Both the position numbers and the translations under genes were made by a program. Below, piece by piece: positions 43,698 to 55,992 of a stretch of DNA of 64,000 bases (its first letter is position 1; each line of letters begins with the position of its first letter). The notes under the pieces were generated by a model that was given only the letters and a program-made list of their open reading frames with translations, searched no databases and was not told the DNA's origin. The stretch is taken from NCBI GenBank assembly GCA_964057225.1, contig OZ059897.1, positions 8,742,001-8,806,000 of the forward strand, in the 5' to 3' direction. This DNA is from Auanema rhodensis (Eukaryota > Animalia > Nematoda).

Positions 43698-44884
43698 GAT
43701 GAAACAAGGAATTACATCTTTTCCTATATAAACCTCTTACATAGCTTGGAGGTGGCTTTCAGTTTTCCAACTTTCAATTTCAGCTTATTCAATTCGTTTA
43801 TCCTTTTCTTCAATATTAAATATAGAATTATTCAATTATGAATAAGTAATAAATCACAAATTTATAGATCACTTCAGACAATAAATACAAAAATATTCAT
43901 AAATCTTCGTAAGACATTGCCAAATTAATTTTCATTTTTCTGAACTTTAATTAAATTTCTTCAGTATTTTCTCCACCCAGAACTACTTTATGTGTTGTCT
44001 TTCTCTCTATCTATTTCCTATCTCTACTTTTAGTTTCCGACTCTCTAAGATTGGGTAAGTTGACATTGAAATTAAGCTTCCAGCACTAATCATACGGCTT
44101 TCATAGTTCATTATTCTATATACTTCAGGATACATTTCTATATATATGTATCTATCTATGTACATATACTACATCAATAGATACAAGATAGATACATTCA
44201 TACATACATACATACATAGAATCAAATATTATAACTTGTTGAACATTATGATTTACTATTGATATCAAACATATCATTCATTTATAACTTTAACTATTTT
44301 TGTATATCCATCAACCTATACAGAGGTCAAAACAATCATTTTCTTTGTACAAGTTGTTGCGAAAAATTGCTGCTGAATTGACATGTTGTCGGTGAAGCAG
44401 TAACAATCGAACAACATACGCATATATTTGTACTTTTTTTTTTATTTTTTCAAAACCATATGAAGAAATTCATTCATATTTCATCTAAGCAGTCAAACAT
44501 ATTAGCTATTACATCTAAACACTATCTATAGAATTGTTGTGTGCTTTGAAGAAATTGTTTTATTGGCAATTTTTACGAACTTCAGCTAGTTATAGCTTCT
44601 GATCTTCTACTTGAGTAATAAGTAAGCTATTGTGACAACTTAAGATTGTAGGTTTTTCCATTTTTCAAGTGAACCTGTAGTTCAATTTTCATAACCATAG
44701 ACATTTAACTATATCATATTTCATTATATTTATACATTTTGTATGAAGTGTTATTGACTTTCAATTTCAATTCGTTATTATTAAGTTCGTTTGGCTAAAT
44801 TCGTTTTTTATTTCGTTTTTGTAGCATTTCTTCCCAAAAAAAAAAGAAAGGTTATGTAGGGCAATATCTGATCATAATTCAGTT

Positions 44885-44900
44885 ACGTGAAATTTCACGT
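44885..44900. promoter_or_regulatory. Perfect 16-bp palindrome ACGTGAAATTTCACGT upstream of the neuropeptide-like gene
   Basis: Seen directly, about 250 bp 5' of the ATG at 45148. Confidence 0.4.
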
Positions 44901-45147
44901 CTAATTAAAATTTTTATTCATTTCAAATATTTTAAATAACAATAACAGAAACCGGTTGACGCTTTTTTTTTGAACAGTTTTCACTTGACCCATGTCACTG
45001 AAATTATTTTTATTTTTTTTTTTCTTTAAATTTGGCAATTATTTAGTATTTTCATTGTTTGCATCGTGTCAACTGTGACGTTTTGTTTTGTATAAATCTC
45101 ATATTTTGAATGAAAATTTAAAAAAAAATTCATTTCTCTTTATTCAG

Positions 45148-45978
45148 ATGAATGGGCTACTCTCTCTTCTGGTGCTGATTGTCGTCTGCTGCTTATCTAG
45201 CGCTTTTGTTCTTCAGGTATGTACATTCGTGAAGTAAAATCTTGAAGGAAAAAATGTAACTCTGACGATGTGGGTGAAAGAAAGTTATTGAAAATGTGAG
45301 AAGATGAGGGAGAAGAGGAGGTGAAGGTGTAGGCGAGAAAAGGAAGAGAGAATGGGAATCTGTAGTTGTGCAACTATAATGAAAAATGAAAAATTGTTTT
45401 GAAACTATGTGATATTGAAGAAAAACACAAGTTATTTATATTTTTTGGTTTCAGGAACTTCCTTTGGATAGATGGGAACGTAGTGATCCCGATACACGCT
45501 ACCTTGAACGAGCCATTCGATCTGACGATGTCATTTACAGACATCTGTTTGATCGGTATTTGTAAGTTTTTCTCTATCTGGCTTATCATTTGAAGAATAA
45601 AAAAGTCAAATAAAGATAATTTAAAGTAATTTGCCTCCATAGCATGTTAATCAACTTTCTCACTCTCTCTCTCTCTCTCTCTGTTACCTATCTTCTCTTC
45701 TTTTTTCTAAATACATCGTTCACAAATTTTAAAAAGAAAGAGCAAAGTTCAGAATGTCACAGCAATTCGTTTAAATTATTTTACAGTTAACTAATTTACT
45801 CATAAAAGGCAAGACAAAAAGATAAAAAAAAGTCAGTACATTATTCATTCTAGCATATTAATTAGTTGACAAATGAATTTGAATACTTGTTGAAATTTCG
45901 CTACGCCTCCTTCATCTTAAGCTTCTTTTCTAGGAAGGGGGTAGTTATTCTTGAGATATATGAAAGATAGAGAGACCT

Positions 45979-46032
<54 letters not shown>

Positions 46033-46360
46033 AAAGTCAAAAAATGATAAACATACTCTAGGTAAGCTAATTTACATACCTTCAACTAAAATTTAGAAAA
46101 GAATATTTCAATTTTTTTTAAATTTATATACTTGGACCAATCTATCCACATGTTTCTCTCACTCTCTTTTCTGATATACATGAATGCATATAATACTAGT
46201 ATCTCATCTCAATTTCTCAAGTTCCCTTCTCATCAAACTTCAGATATTAATTTTCCGCTTGAAAACAAAAAAAAACTTTTTCAAAAAGATTTCAACAAAA
46301 TGAAAGTAAAATGGAGTAAAATGATTTTTTTATTTCAGCCGAGGACAAGGAGCAATGTAA
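45148..46360 (+). CDS. Small secreted protein, putative neuropeptide precursor (65 aa)
   Basis: Exons 45148-45216, 45455-45561 and 46339-46360, with TTCAG acceptors and GTATGT/GTAAGT donors, encode MNGLLSLLVLIVVCCLSSAFVLQELPLDRWERSDPDTRYLERAIRSDDVIYRHLFDRYFRGQGAM*. It has a signal peptide and two RxxR sites. Confidence 0.72.
45981..46029. repeat. (GA)n microsatellite
   Basis: Perfect GA array in intron 2 of the neuropeptide-like gene. Confidence 0.95.
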
Positions 46361-47223
46361 CAATCTAACTGACTCACAGTTCACTCTCATACACTACTGG
46401 ACAACCTCCAGCCAAGATAGCAAGCTACACCCTTTGATCAGTTTCCTGTCGACAGAACTCTCATTTCCCCATATATTTCCATTCTTGGCATCTGACTAAT
46501 AAAACTACTTTCTGTTTTTTTTTTAATTTTTGATCTTTTCTATATTTCGTTAATATTTTTTAAAAAAGCAGTTTTCTATCCTATTAAAAATTATATTTTT
46601 TTTATAAAAAAACGAAAAAGATACTCATGAAATTTTCACTTTCATCTTATGTTATTGATAAAAAAAGCTAAATAAAAAGCAGAAAGTTCGAGAAAAGTAT
46701 GTACAGAATGGACCCGATGAGCAGGAAATGCGTGGAGGAAAGTCCAACTAACTAATTACATTTTTCAAAAGTTTGGTCAAAATCGAAAAGTAGGTTCAAA
46801 AAATGCTTTTTGAAAAAAGGTCGTTCAACTAATTATTATAAGACAAAATTTGGTCTTTTCTTCATTATTTTAACTTTCTCATAACTTCCTAGTATTTTCT
46901 GAACAAGTTTAGCAAATAAGCGGAAACAATTCAAGTTAAATATTCATTCAAATCTATTTACTCGTAACAAAACCATAAAATCAGTTATGGAAATGTTTAA
47001 AAATCATTTTGTTGAAACTTACTTCATAAACCAAGTTGTAAAGCGGAACACATTATTAAATGGCAAACAAATGAATAAAGATTACATTTCTGTAATCATT
47101 ACACCACTAACAATCTTGACATAATTCAATTATATTTCTAATTCAATTACGTTTTATTATTAAAAAAAAAGTTCTTGTCGATTAGTTCTGTTGTAGTTTA
47201 CGAGAAATTTGAACAAAAACAGT

Positions 47224-47295
47224 AGGTTCTACCGAGATTCGAACTCGGGTCGCAGGATTCAAAGTCCTGAGTGCTAACCGCTACACCATAGAACC
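47224..47295 (-). tRNA. tRNA-Gln (anticodon TTG)
   Basis: GGTTCTATGGTGTAGCGGTTAGCACTCAGGACTTTGAATCCTGCGACCCGAGTTCGAATCTCGGTAGAACCT forms a full cloverleaf with A and B boxes and a downstream T-run. Confidence 0.97.
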
Positions 47296-48341
47296 GATGG
47301 ACGTTGGTCAGGTTGAGCATTAGATCAATAAGAGATAGACAGATAAGATGATCCAATGGACAGATATATTGAGTATCTTAACGAGTGTTTCACACACGAA
47401 AGGAGAAGTACTTGCCATCTTGGTTCAAGAGACAGTGGTTTGTACACAACACAAAAATGGAAACTATTTGAAGAAGTAAAAGGGAAATTGGCAATTTAAG
47501 TAGATTCTGATAACATAGAACGGATTACTTGCTTATTTATCCTATTGTTTATAACAGTAGAAAGCCTTTATTTGTCTTTGTATGTACGTGTTTATTCAAA
47601 CTAGAATCCTTTAATGGAGAGGCCAAGTTGAAGCAAGTGGTGTAAAAAGCGTTTCCGCATCTCAAAATAAGACCAACAACTACCTGGACACAATGGTTGA
47701 ATTAGGCAACATGGAGTTGTTCGTGTAAAGCCTGTTGCCAACTTGAAAAAAAACCTTCGATGACAGCTATTCCCTTTTCACTAAAGATTTCTTTTTGCTT
47801 CTCTTTTAATTTTCGAAACCAAGACAGACAATAGATTGAATGTTCTCAAGCAGCTCTTGAGTCTCTTCAGCAGATCATAATATGCTCTGTGAATGAATTG
47901 CTTATATGATCTATTCAATGTATTGCAAATCCTAAATCATTGTCACATTATTCCTAGTTACAATTTATGCTGCTAATAACAATTCAATCTGTTCAAATTT
48001 CTCGTCCTACTCTAAAAAAAAACTATTTAAAAAATTACTTAATGCTATTGCACCGAAATTGAAAAAACTCCCTCAGCGAGCTTTCAGTGATTTCTCTTTT
48101 TCCCATTTTTTTCAAAATATTCTCTTTTCTTACTACTTTTTCATGTATTTTAACAGAAAAATGCTGGTCACGCAGTTTAAACAGTTTAATAGTGGTTGAA
48201 GCGTCTAACCACAATTATTTGTATTTAATAGAAGTATGCTATCATGATTTTCTAATTTTTCCATTTATTTTACTATATTTCTCAATATATACTTTGAACT
48301 AATTATACTATTTCAGCTTTCAATTTAAATACATTTTCACT

Positions 48342-49176
48342 ATGATTCAAATCGTCTTCTCATTATTTCTTATTGTTCATTCCGTATCAGGAGGAGCTGT
48401 TGGAGGTAAGCTTTTTAATTATTTTCCCTTTTCTAAAATTAAAAAAAGTAAAATACAACCGTTCTTCATCATTGAATCCAATAAATAAAAAAAGTTATAC
48501 GTGAATTTCACGTGAAACACGTGACTATCAGAAATTATCTATTACTGTAACGTTGTTTGTAATGCACGTGATATATAGCTAACTATATAGATTTTTGATT
48601 GTTATTTAACTTTTTAATTATTTTTTAAAATTTTCACTATCATTCTTCAAAAGTATATAAGTATATATAATATATGTTAAAGTTACTATATATTTGACAT
48701 GAAGAAATGAGAATAAGATGAATCATGTAAAAACTTTCAGAATGTCGTACCGAATGCGTCGAGAGAAACCAGTTCAAGATTGTGCGTGTACACTTGAAGG
48801 TTTGTGAATTAGATAGAAAGAATTTTATCAAAATCTATCCCTCTAACTAACAATTATATCAACTTGTAAAATTAAAAATAACGTCAAAACTTGATAGTCT
48901 CAAGTCCAATTCAAATTTTACAGGATGATTTTGTTATGGTTGGAATCTGCCAGAATACCACAAGTTACAACGGAGTATCAGCAGTTACCCCATTCATTTG
49001 TAACAAAAAAATTGGAGTTTGGTCCTATGATGCTGAGGTAAGCCTGAATAAATCAAAAGCCTAATGAAAGGAAGCTTTAGGACGAGGAAGGCGTAAGCTA
49101 CTTCAACGTCTTCTGTCCCTCCAACGACCCAGTAGCATTGAATGTAATTGAAGCTTGTCCAACAGGAAAACGCTAG
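48342..49176 (+). CDS. Small secreted Cys-rich protein (about 110 aa, six Cys), function unknown
   Basis: Exons 48342-48405, 48741-48799, 48924-49037 and 49081-49176 encode MIQIVFSLFLIVHSVSGGAVGECRTECVERNQFKIVRVHLKDDFVMVGICQNTTSYNGVSAVTPFICNKKIGVWSYDAEDEEGVSYFNVFCPSNDPVALNVIEACPTGKR*. All phases are consistent. Confidence 0.85.
48499..48524. promoter_or_regulatory. ACGTGAATTTCACGTGAAACACGTGA triple ACGTGA array in first intron of the 6-Cys gene
   Basis: Three ACGTGA cores at 48499, 48510 and 48519. Confidence 0.4.
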
Positions 49177-49672
49177 GATTTATATGCCAGTATTAATACA
49201 TTATTACAATTTTTCAGTTTCCATCCAACGGAACTTATTTGATCTCACATACATATATATATAGAAATATAGTATACATAATATTAACGGGCATTTAAGA
49301 CAGAAAAAAATTTAAAAACTGAGATAAGGAAAAGTGCGTACATGGAGGAATAGATTTAGCAAACTGCTTGTTCCATCACGAACAAACAACATGAAACACA
49401 GAAAATGATTAAAATGATGCTTACAATCAAACCGCTAAGTACAACAACCGAAAGAGCATGAAATCACAATTGCAATTCATCCGAGCTAAGAAGTCCCAAC
49501 TGAATTCAGACTGGCAGATATGGCCATAATTTCAAAAAAGAAATAGATATGTGTGACCAAACGAGGCGTAGGATTTAATCACAGGGATGTAAGAAACATA
49601 GACTAGTTATATTAAAAGGCGATTATGAAAAATAATAAATATCAATGGAATCGTATATATTTATGTTCACAT

Positions 49673-52600
49673 TCACTTTTTTCCTATGACGTGCCAAGCT
49701 TGTCTAGGAATTCTTTGGATTTGCTTAATTCTACGGAAGAACACATTGCACCTGAAGAATAATATATAAGCATTTGTTTTACCAGATATGTTTTTGTTAC
49801 CAAATTATTCCAATAATAGTGCAAAGGCCGACAGCTACGTAATAACCATTTATAGCTGTTTCGCATACATCACCTCCTGCTACACATTGATCAGCTGTAG
49901 CTTGTCTATTACACATGTATAAATATCTATAAAAATAATGATTGACTATTTGAACACATTATAATCAATAGCTTACTCAGACACTCCCTCTTCTCCTTTA
50001 GTCATACAGAATTTGATACCTAATCGATCAGTAAGTGTGAGGATCACCGTAACTGGCCAGTTTCCTCCCAAGTTGTTCAAGGTATTTAGCAAAGTCATGA
50101 ATGTACCTCCGATACGTGGATCGGAAACTTGAGCATTGAAAGCCATCATTGATACAAACATTGAGTATGTAGCAACCTTAAAGATTCGAATTTGAGTTAA
50201 GAGAGTTCATAACCAAGGTGAATACCTGATGTAAGACGTAGGCAGATATCCAAACAATATAAACTAAATAACTAAACTTTCCCTCTTCGTCTTTGAATGC
50301 TGGTGTGAAATAAACAAGAACAGCAAAAACAACACCAACAAGCAGCCTAAAAATATTTTAAAATTTTTAAAATATATTACTTAGTTTAAAAACCTGTATG
50401 GATAAGCCCAGAGGAAAATATTCAATGGACGTGGTCCAGATGTCCATTTTCCAATTAACCAAGGCAATACGATCTATATTTGATCAATTAGAATACGGAT
50501 ATAGAACTACAATACTACCTGTAGTGGAGTGAGGAAAAGTCCAAAGCTAGCAATCTTATCCTTAGGAATTCCGATTTCAATAAGTTTGAGACTGGTAATA
50601 CTATCGGTTGCAGAGAAAGCTATCTGAAGGAAGCATAATCATCACCTGCATTCTTCACTCGAAATCAAACCTTTCCTGTAATAAGAATGACCACCATCAT
50701 CATCATAGGTTTCAATAACAAAATCTTCAAGAGTACGACATAAGTCTCGCCAATACCTAGCTCGAGTTCGGCCTCCTCATCAACATTCTTTCTGCAATGT
50801 GTGTGTTGTTGTTTCGATTGAGAAAACAACTATTTGGATTTTGATGACTCGAAAAAGTTTCCCAGAAACATGAGGGAATTCTCAAAACATTAAAAATCCA
50901 CGTTTACCCGTGATTGAACATCAACCATGTCCAAATATGGCAAGCAATTAGCTTTAATGGCAATCTCATGTGTGAACTAATCATAGCCCAGGCCATAAAA
51001 TAGTTTTGAACCCTTATGTTTCGATGAAACTATAGGCTTTAAGTATAATCCCATATGTTTTTGAAAAACATTGTATTCAAAGAAAAACTTACTGGTTTTG
51101 ATTGATGGAATTGTCAACTTCTTTCTTGAATATGAGGACCAATGTCGTGGACACAATGAAAACTATTCCCCAGAAGAAGACATAACCTGGAATCAACGCA
51201 ACATTAAGCTGAATTATTTTGAATTAAAGAGATTTAGTTACAGCCTATCACCCTTAAGCATTATGCGTCTATGAATATATTTCTTTAATATAAATTAATT
51301 GAATTATAAGGATATGTTGTGTATTCTCCTAATCACATCTATATTTGGTCCATATGGCCAGTCCTTCATATAAGACTGAGGTCATTCCTAATTTCGATTT
51401 GTGGATATTCCTTACGCATTTGCTCACATACACATATCTACAAACTATTCTCATTCTATAGCTTTTTCTTGTTGTACATCAAGTTGAGCAATGAAATACA
51501 ATCTGTTTCTCTATGCCGCATGTTGTAAAGCATTGGGCAACGCATTCACAAAACGCCATTTTTTAACATCTAATTATGCAAGTAATATAAAGTGAACTAC
51601 AATCAGTGAACTTTTCTCAACTTGAAGCATAAAGATGGCTAGAATAGAATTATGAGGCTACAAGGAATGAGTCCCCGGAGAGATCCGCCTTCGCATGGAT
51701 CCTTTCAAACAGCCGTGTTAACAACTACTCACTACCACAGAAGCAAAGCAGGAAATTCATCTTATTTTCAAACAACAGCTCATATTCTGTGTTCTTGTCT
51801 GATTTTTAATTATTATTTTTGCTTGCATTGGTGCTTTATACTTTTTGATATCAAATCTATCCTTAACAGGTAGCCACATTGATGAGTTGGAAAGATTCAG
51901 GAAATGCAGCAATGAAATCTTTCCTTATTATAGTTCTACTATGCATGATGATTCCTAGAGTAATTCCAAGTAATTCATCTTATTTTTAATTATATGTTCT
52001 CCTTTAAAATTTAAATTTTTAGGTGACAATTGCAAATCAGAGAAATTGAGAGAGCTTATCTTAGAGACGGTAGGACTTTATCCTCATCAATACAGTTATC
52101 AGGCAAAGTAAGTTTCTAAAGAGTTTTCAACATTGTTTATAATTTTTTTTGTTAGATATATGAAGAAACAGGCTGAAGAAAGATTTGGAAATTGGTGGAG
52201 TGCAGTTATAATCAGTGATAGAGGAGGATATGGAATGAGTGCCGTATATGATCAATATCGAAATACAAGGTTTCAATTTGAAGCTTAATAAAGTTGCATG
52301 TTTCTATCATTTCAGTTGTGAAATGCAGCTCTTCGACACATACTACTGGCTAGGTAGAACCTGCTAAATCTGGGACGCAAGTATAATAGATATCTTTTGA
52401 AATTGATCTCGATAAGTTTGCAAAAGTAATTGTTCTCTGTTTAAATTAATCTATGATAAAGTTCTTAACTAAAATTATATATTAAGCCAATTCGGATTTT
52501 TAAGCTTCAGAAGTCAATCGTTTTGAAATACCCGTCATGTTGTAATTTATCAATGCAAACGCTCACAAAAAACTGAGAGATAAAGTAGTCTCTTGCCAAG

Positions 52601-53853
52601 GCGTTAAGAATGACAAAATTTTCAAAGTTCGATATTTCAAATACGATCTAGATGTTTCGAAAAGAGAAGAAAAAAATTCAAGCCAAATAAGAAGATGTTT
52701 CGGAATGGAATTCGTTGAAAAAATTCTCCGTCATGAGCAGAAAATATCAAAAAAGTACTTACCGGCAAGGTCGATGATTCCATAATCTTGTTGGTTATCA
52801 GCAGATCTTAACCAATCATTTGCAAAACTCGCAGATTCCAAAGTCAAGAATACAACATTTCCTAGGAAATATCCTGCAGTTTGACCAACAGCATTACAGG
52901 TGGAAGCATAACCAACATTCTTTCTAAAGATCATGAATAAATAGATAAAAGTGCGATATTCGAAATGAACCTGGACAAAATAGTGAGAGCCCATCCATCT
53001 ACTGCAATATCTTGAGTTGCGGCTAAGAAGTTAAGTGGTAAGAAAATGCACATAAGAAGAAGAGCATTTGGACCAGAAGCTAAATCGAAATCATAGTGAA
53101 CACCGAAAATACTAATTGATCTTACATCCTTCCTCTTCTCCCATGATATATGGTACTTTGTAAGACATAACAAGCATGAAAACACCAATAAGGTATTGAC
53201 ATGGTACCATCCATGACTTTCTACGTCCAATTCTCTTCCAGTATAGCGAATCAACAATAGGTGCCCAAAGTAATTTCAAACTAAATGCAAGAATGAGAAG
53301 AAGAGCATGTGAAGTGTTCCCACCTGAAGGGCCAGTATGCAAAAGAGAAAATAGCTTGCTGAGTGAGTGATACATTTTTTCCTTGTAAAACTAAAGGAAG
53401 AGCACTAATTAATCCGAGAGGTACTCCCTAAATTACAAACAATAATCGAAATTTATGAGGTGTAAAGTTGCTACCTGTAATAAATAAAGGAATAGCAGTA
53501 ATAAAATAGAAGAGACGTCCCCTTTAAGTGCTTCTCGCGTCCGCTTATACCAACTAGCATTTGGATCAGTACTCTAAACAAAAATTTATAGATGGGAAGG
53601 AACACAAAAAAACATTATTGCATCGTTTTCTAGTTCAACTCTTGTTTACTTTAACACGCAATGACAATTATTTTTTTGAAAAACTGACTGATGGTGGAGG
53701 TATTAGGTATTCTTCATCGCTATCCTTATCATGGGGGTAATAAGACATAGGTAAATGAGCCCCTCCAATAGACTGCATTTCGAAATCAGGCTCTCTAGCC
53801 ATGACATCCTCAGATGTTTGGAATTTACGTCGTTGTCGGTTTCTGGTCGTCAT
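49673..53853 (-). CDS. SLC33A1: ER acetyl-CoA transporter 1 (AT-1, MFS family)
   Basis: LLLFLYLLQGVPLGL, AYWPFSLKLLWAPIVDS, GRRKSWMVPCQY, FLAATQDIAVDGWALT, NVGYASTCNAVGQTAGYFLG, MAFNAQVSDPRIGGTFMTLLNTLNNLGGNWP; ends QAWHVIGKK*. One junction (about 50790-51090) could not be fully resolved. Confidence 0.93.
51912..52367 (+). CDS. Secreted ground-like (grl/grd-type, hedgehog-related) small protein nested antisense in SLC33A1 intron 51187-52762
   Basis: Exons 51912-51969, 52023-52107, 52156-52269 and 52316-52367 encode MKSFLIIVLLCMMIPRVIPSDNCKSEKLRELILETVGLYPHQYSYQAKYMKKQAEERFGNWWSAVIISDRGGYGMSAVYDQYRNTSCEMQLFDTYYWLGRTC*. CxSExLRxL and AEERFG resemble the ground-like domain. Confidence 0.78.
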
Positions 53854-54050
53854 TGCTAGAAAACATTAACAGCATCTTCAGGCATTACAAGAATTAAAGT
53901 CATAGGGACATATAGAGTTTGTAAAGAAAAAAGTTTATATTCCGAGCAGAATGGAAAACGACTAATTTGGTTATATTAAATCTTTTTTTTTTTAAGAAAA
54001 ATTGAATTTTTAATTTTTATGCGCCTTCATGTTCAAATTTACTAACCTAC

Positions 54051-54104
54051 AAGGGCTGCATCCAAATCAAAATCATCAATGTCTACTTGAGTTTGATAAC
54101 TCAT
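54051..54104 (-). CDS. Candidate alternative first exon of SLC33A1 (MSYQTQVDIDDFDLDAAL)
   Basis: ATG to GTAGGT donor in phase 0 fits the common exon at 53573. A second donor at 54046 (phase 1) fits the acceptor at 53855. Confidence 0.55.
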
Positions 54105-54627
54105 TCCATGTTGTTGTAAAAAAACAAGGAAGAGGAGATATCTAAAGGAAAGAAGTGAACTCTTGAAAACCCGCTCAAGGAAACTCTTATATGTTAGAAA
54201 TAGGAAAGAAGTTGGAACAAATCTTTTTGACCAATGCCACAAGAAAAAATGAAAAAGACTAATTTAATATAAAATTTTAACGTCTTAGCTTTATAAGTGT
54301 TGAATAATTCCTTCAAAATTAATACTAGAATTTAAATATAGACGTATTTATTTAGTTGTGGTGACGTGGTTGATCAATTCTGTTGTACGAGAATTACGTG
54401 AACGCCGTAAACAGCATGCAGTGGTGTCAATAGGGATTCGTCTAGCTATCTCGGAACGATGGTTTCAGCCATGATAAGAGTAATATTATATGATAAGATT
54501 TAAAGGTAGGTTAACCGACAACCAGCCTACTTTTCCGAATTGATAGCTTTCCACCTCAATCGCTTCTCTATATACATTTAAATTCAAGGTTGATGAGATT
54601 GAGATACTGTACGAGGAAATACCCTAC

Positions 54628-54714
54628 CGTTATAGATGCTTGTTGTTGGATGGTTTCGACGGCATTATTAAAGCTTGTTACAACAGTTGTATCAGATTTG
54701 TCAAGCTTTTTCAT
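54628..54714 (-). CDS. Candidate alternative first exon of SLC33A1 (MKKLDKSDTTVVTSFNNAVETIQQQASIT)
   Basis: 29 codons, then ACG|GTAGGG, phase 0. Confidence 0.45.
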
Positions 54715-55920
54715 TGAAAAGTTTAGGTTGTGTATAAGTGGGATGCAATACTTGGGATAGAGAGCTGGACGGAATCCGGGAAAAATCGTTTGATAAGACG
54801 ACTGAAGAATACGACGACGACTACGACGACGACGGAGAAAGGGAAGGCAATGAATCAGACGAAGCTATTTGACCAGCCATATGAACTTAACCAACTTGTT
54901 TTCTATCCCTATTATGGATGTGTAATAGCTAATGTCCAAGGGAAATAACGAAATAGTGCTACTGTGATGAGTGCTTCTAGTAGAAAAGCAAAAGAATAGC
55001 AACTTGATATAGTATCAGCTAAAAGCTGATGGCACAATAATTCTTCATGGATTAGTAGTTACAGCAGCTGATCATTGTTCGTTCTCTTCAGATCAAAAGT
55101 TATGAAACCATCAATTCACTTAAGGTGTGACAAGCCCGACATGCGAAAATCACATAAAACAAATAGTTTGTCTGATTAACAGGATTATTTCAGAATCACG
55201 TGAAAGGCGTAATTCAGCTTTGACCTTATTCCAAAGATGAATCGGATTGATCAACACATTCGAACCCTCTTTCCAAACTAAATGATTATCAACCGTGTAC
55301 GACATCCGACGGCTGGTCCATGTGCTAGCAAGCAATCAATCCTCTTGCAAGACAATTGAAGACAAACGCTAAATCAAAGATGATTCCGATCATCATTAGA
55401 TCGTTCTTCACATGTTATACGTAATATTATATTGTAATACTATATATGAATAACTACTACAATACGATGAGACAGAATTCAACTTGCTCTTCTAATACGA
55501 AGAAAGTTATTTTGTAGTTTGTGGTATGCTAGCACTAAGGGATAGTTGAAATGACCTTTATCAGGTGATTATGAGATGTTATATGATTTTCTGAAGTACT
55601 TATAATATTCATCAGATATGTGTATATGATTAATAATAATATATCTTCAGAAAAATATAAATTATGCTCGTTTATTCTAACCCACTCTTCTCTCTGTATC
55701 TCCCTCTCTTTCTCTCTCTCTCTTTAGACAATAACCGAAATACATGTTTAGAGAAAACATTTGTTCTAATTCATTGACATGCCAAACATTCGATATCTTA
55801 AAAAGGAATCTGAAAATGTTCATTGTCTCCTATTTTTCTATTTAATCCTATTAAATATAATAATTATTGAACTTTGGATGCAGTTACTTACAAGTGAAAT
55901 AAGAATAAGTTGAATCATAC

Positions 55921-55992
55921 CGTATGTGATGTCGGTCGAGTGCCAGAACTATCTGGCATGAGATTTTGAGCTTCTAACAAAGATGGTTCCAT
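55921..55992 (-). CDS. Candidate alternative first exon of SLC33A1 (MEPSLLEAQNLMPDSSGTRPTSHT)
   Basis: 24 codons, then ACG|GTATGA, phase 0; a GC-richer island in AT-rich DNA. Confidence 0.5.

Noticed and set aside
47770-47792. CCTTTTCACTAAAGATTTC resembling U5 snRNA loop 1
   Set aside because: The loop is imperfect, and the 5' stem arm and Sm site are absent.
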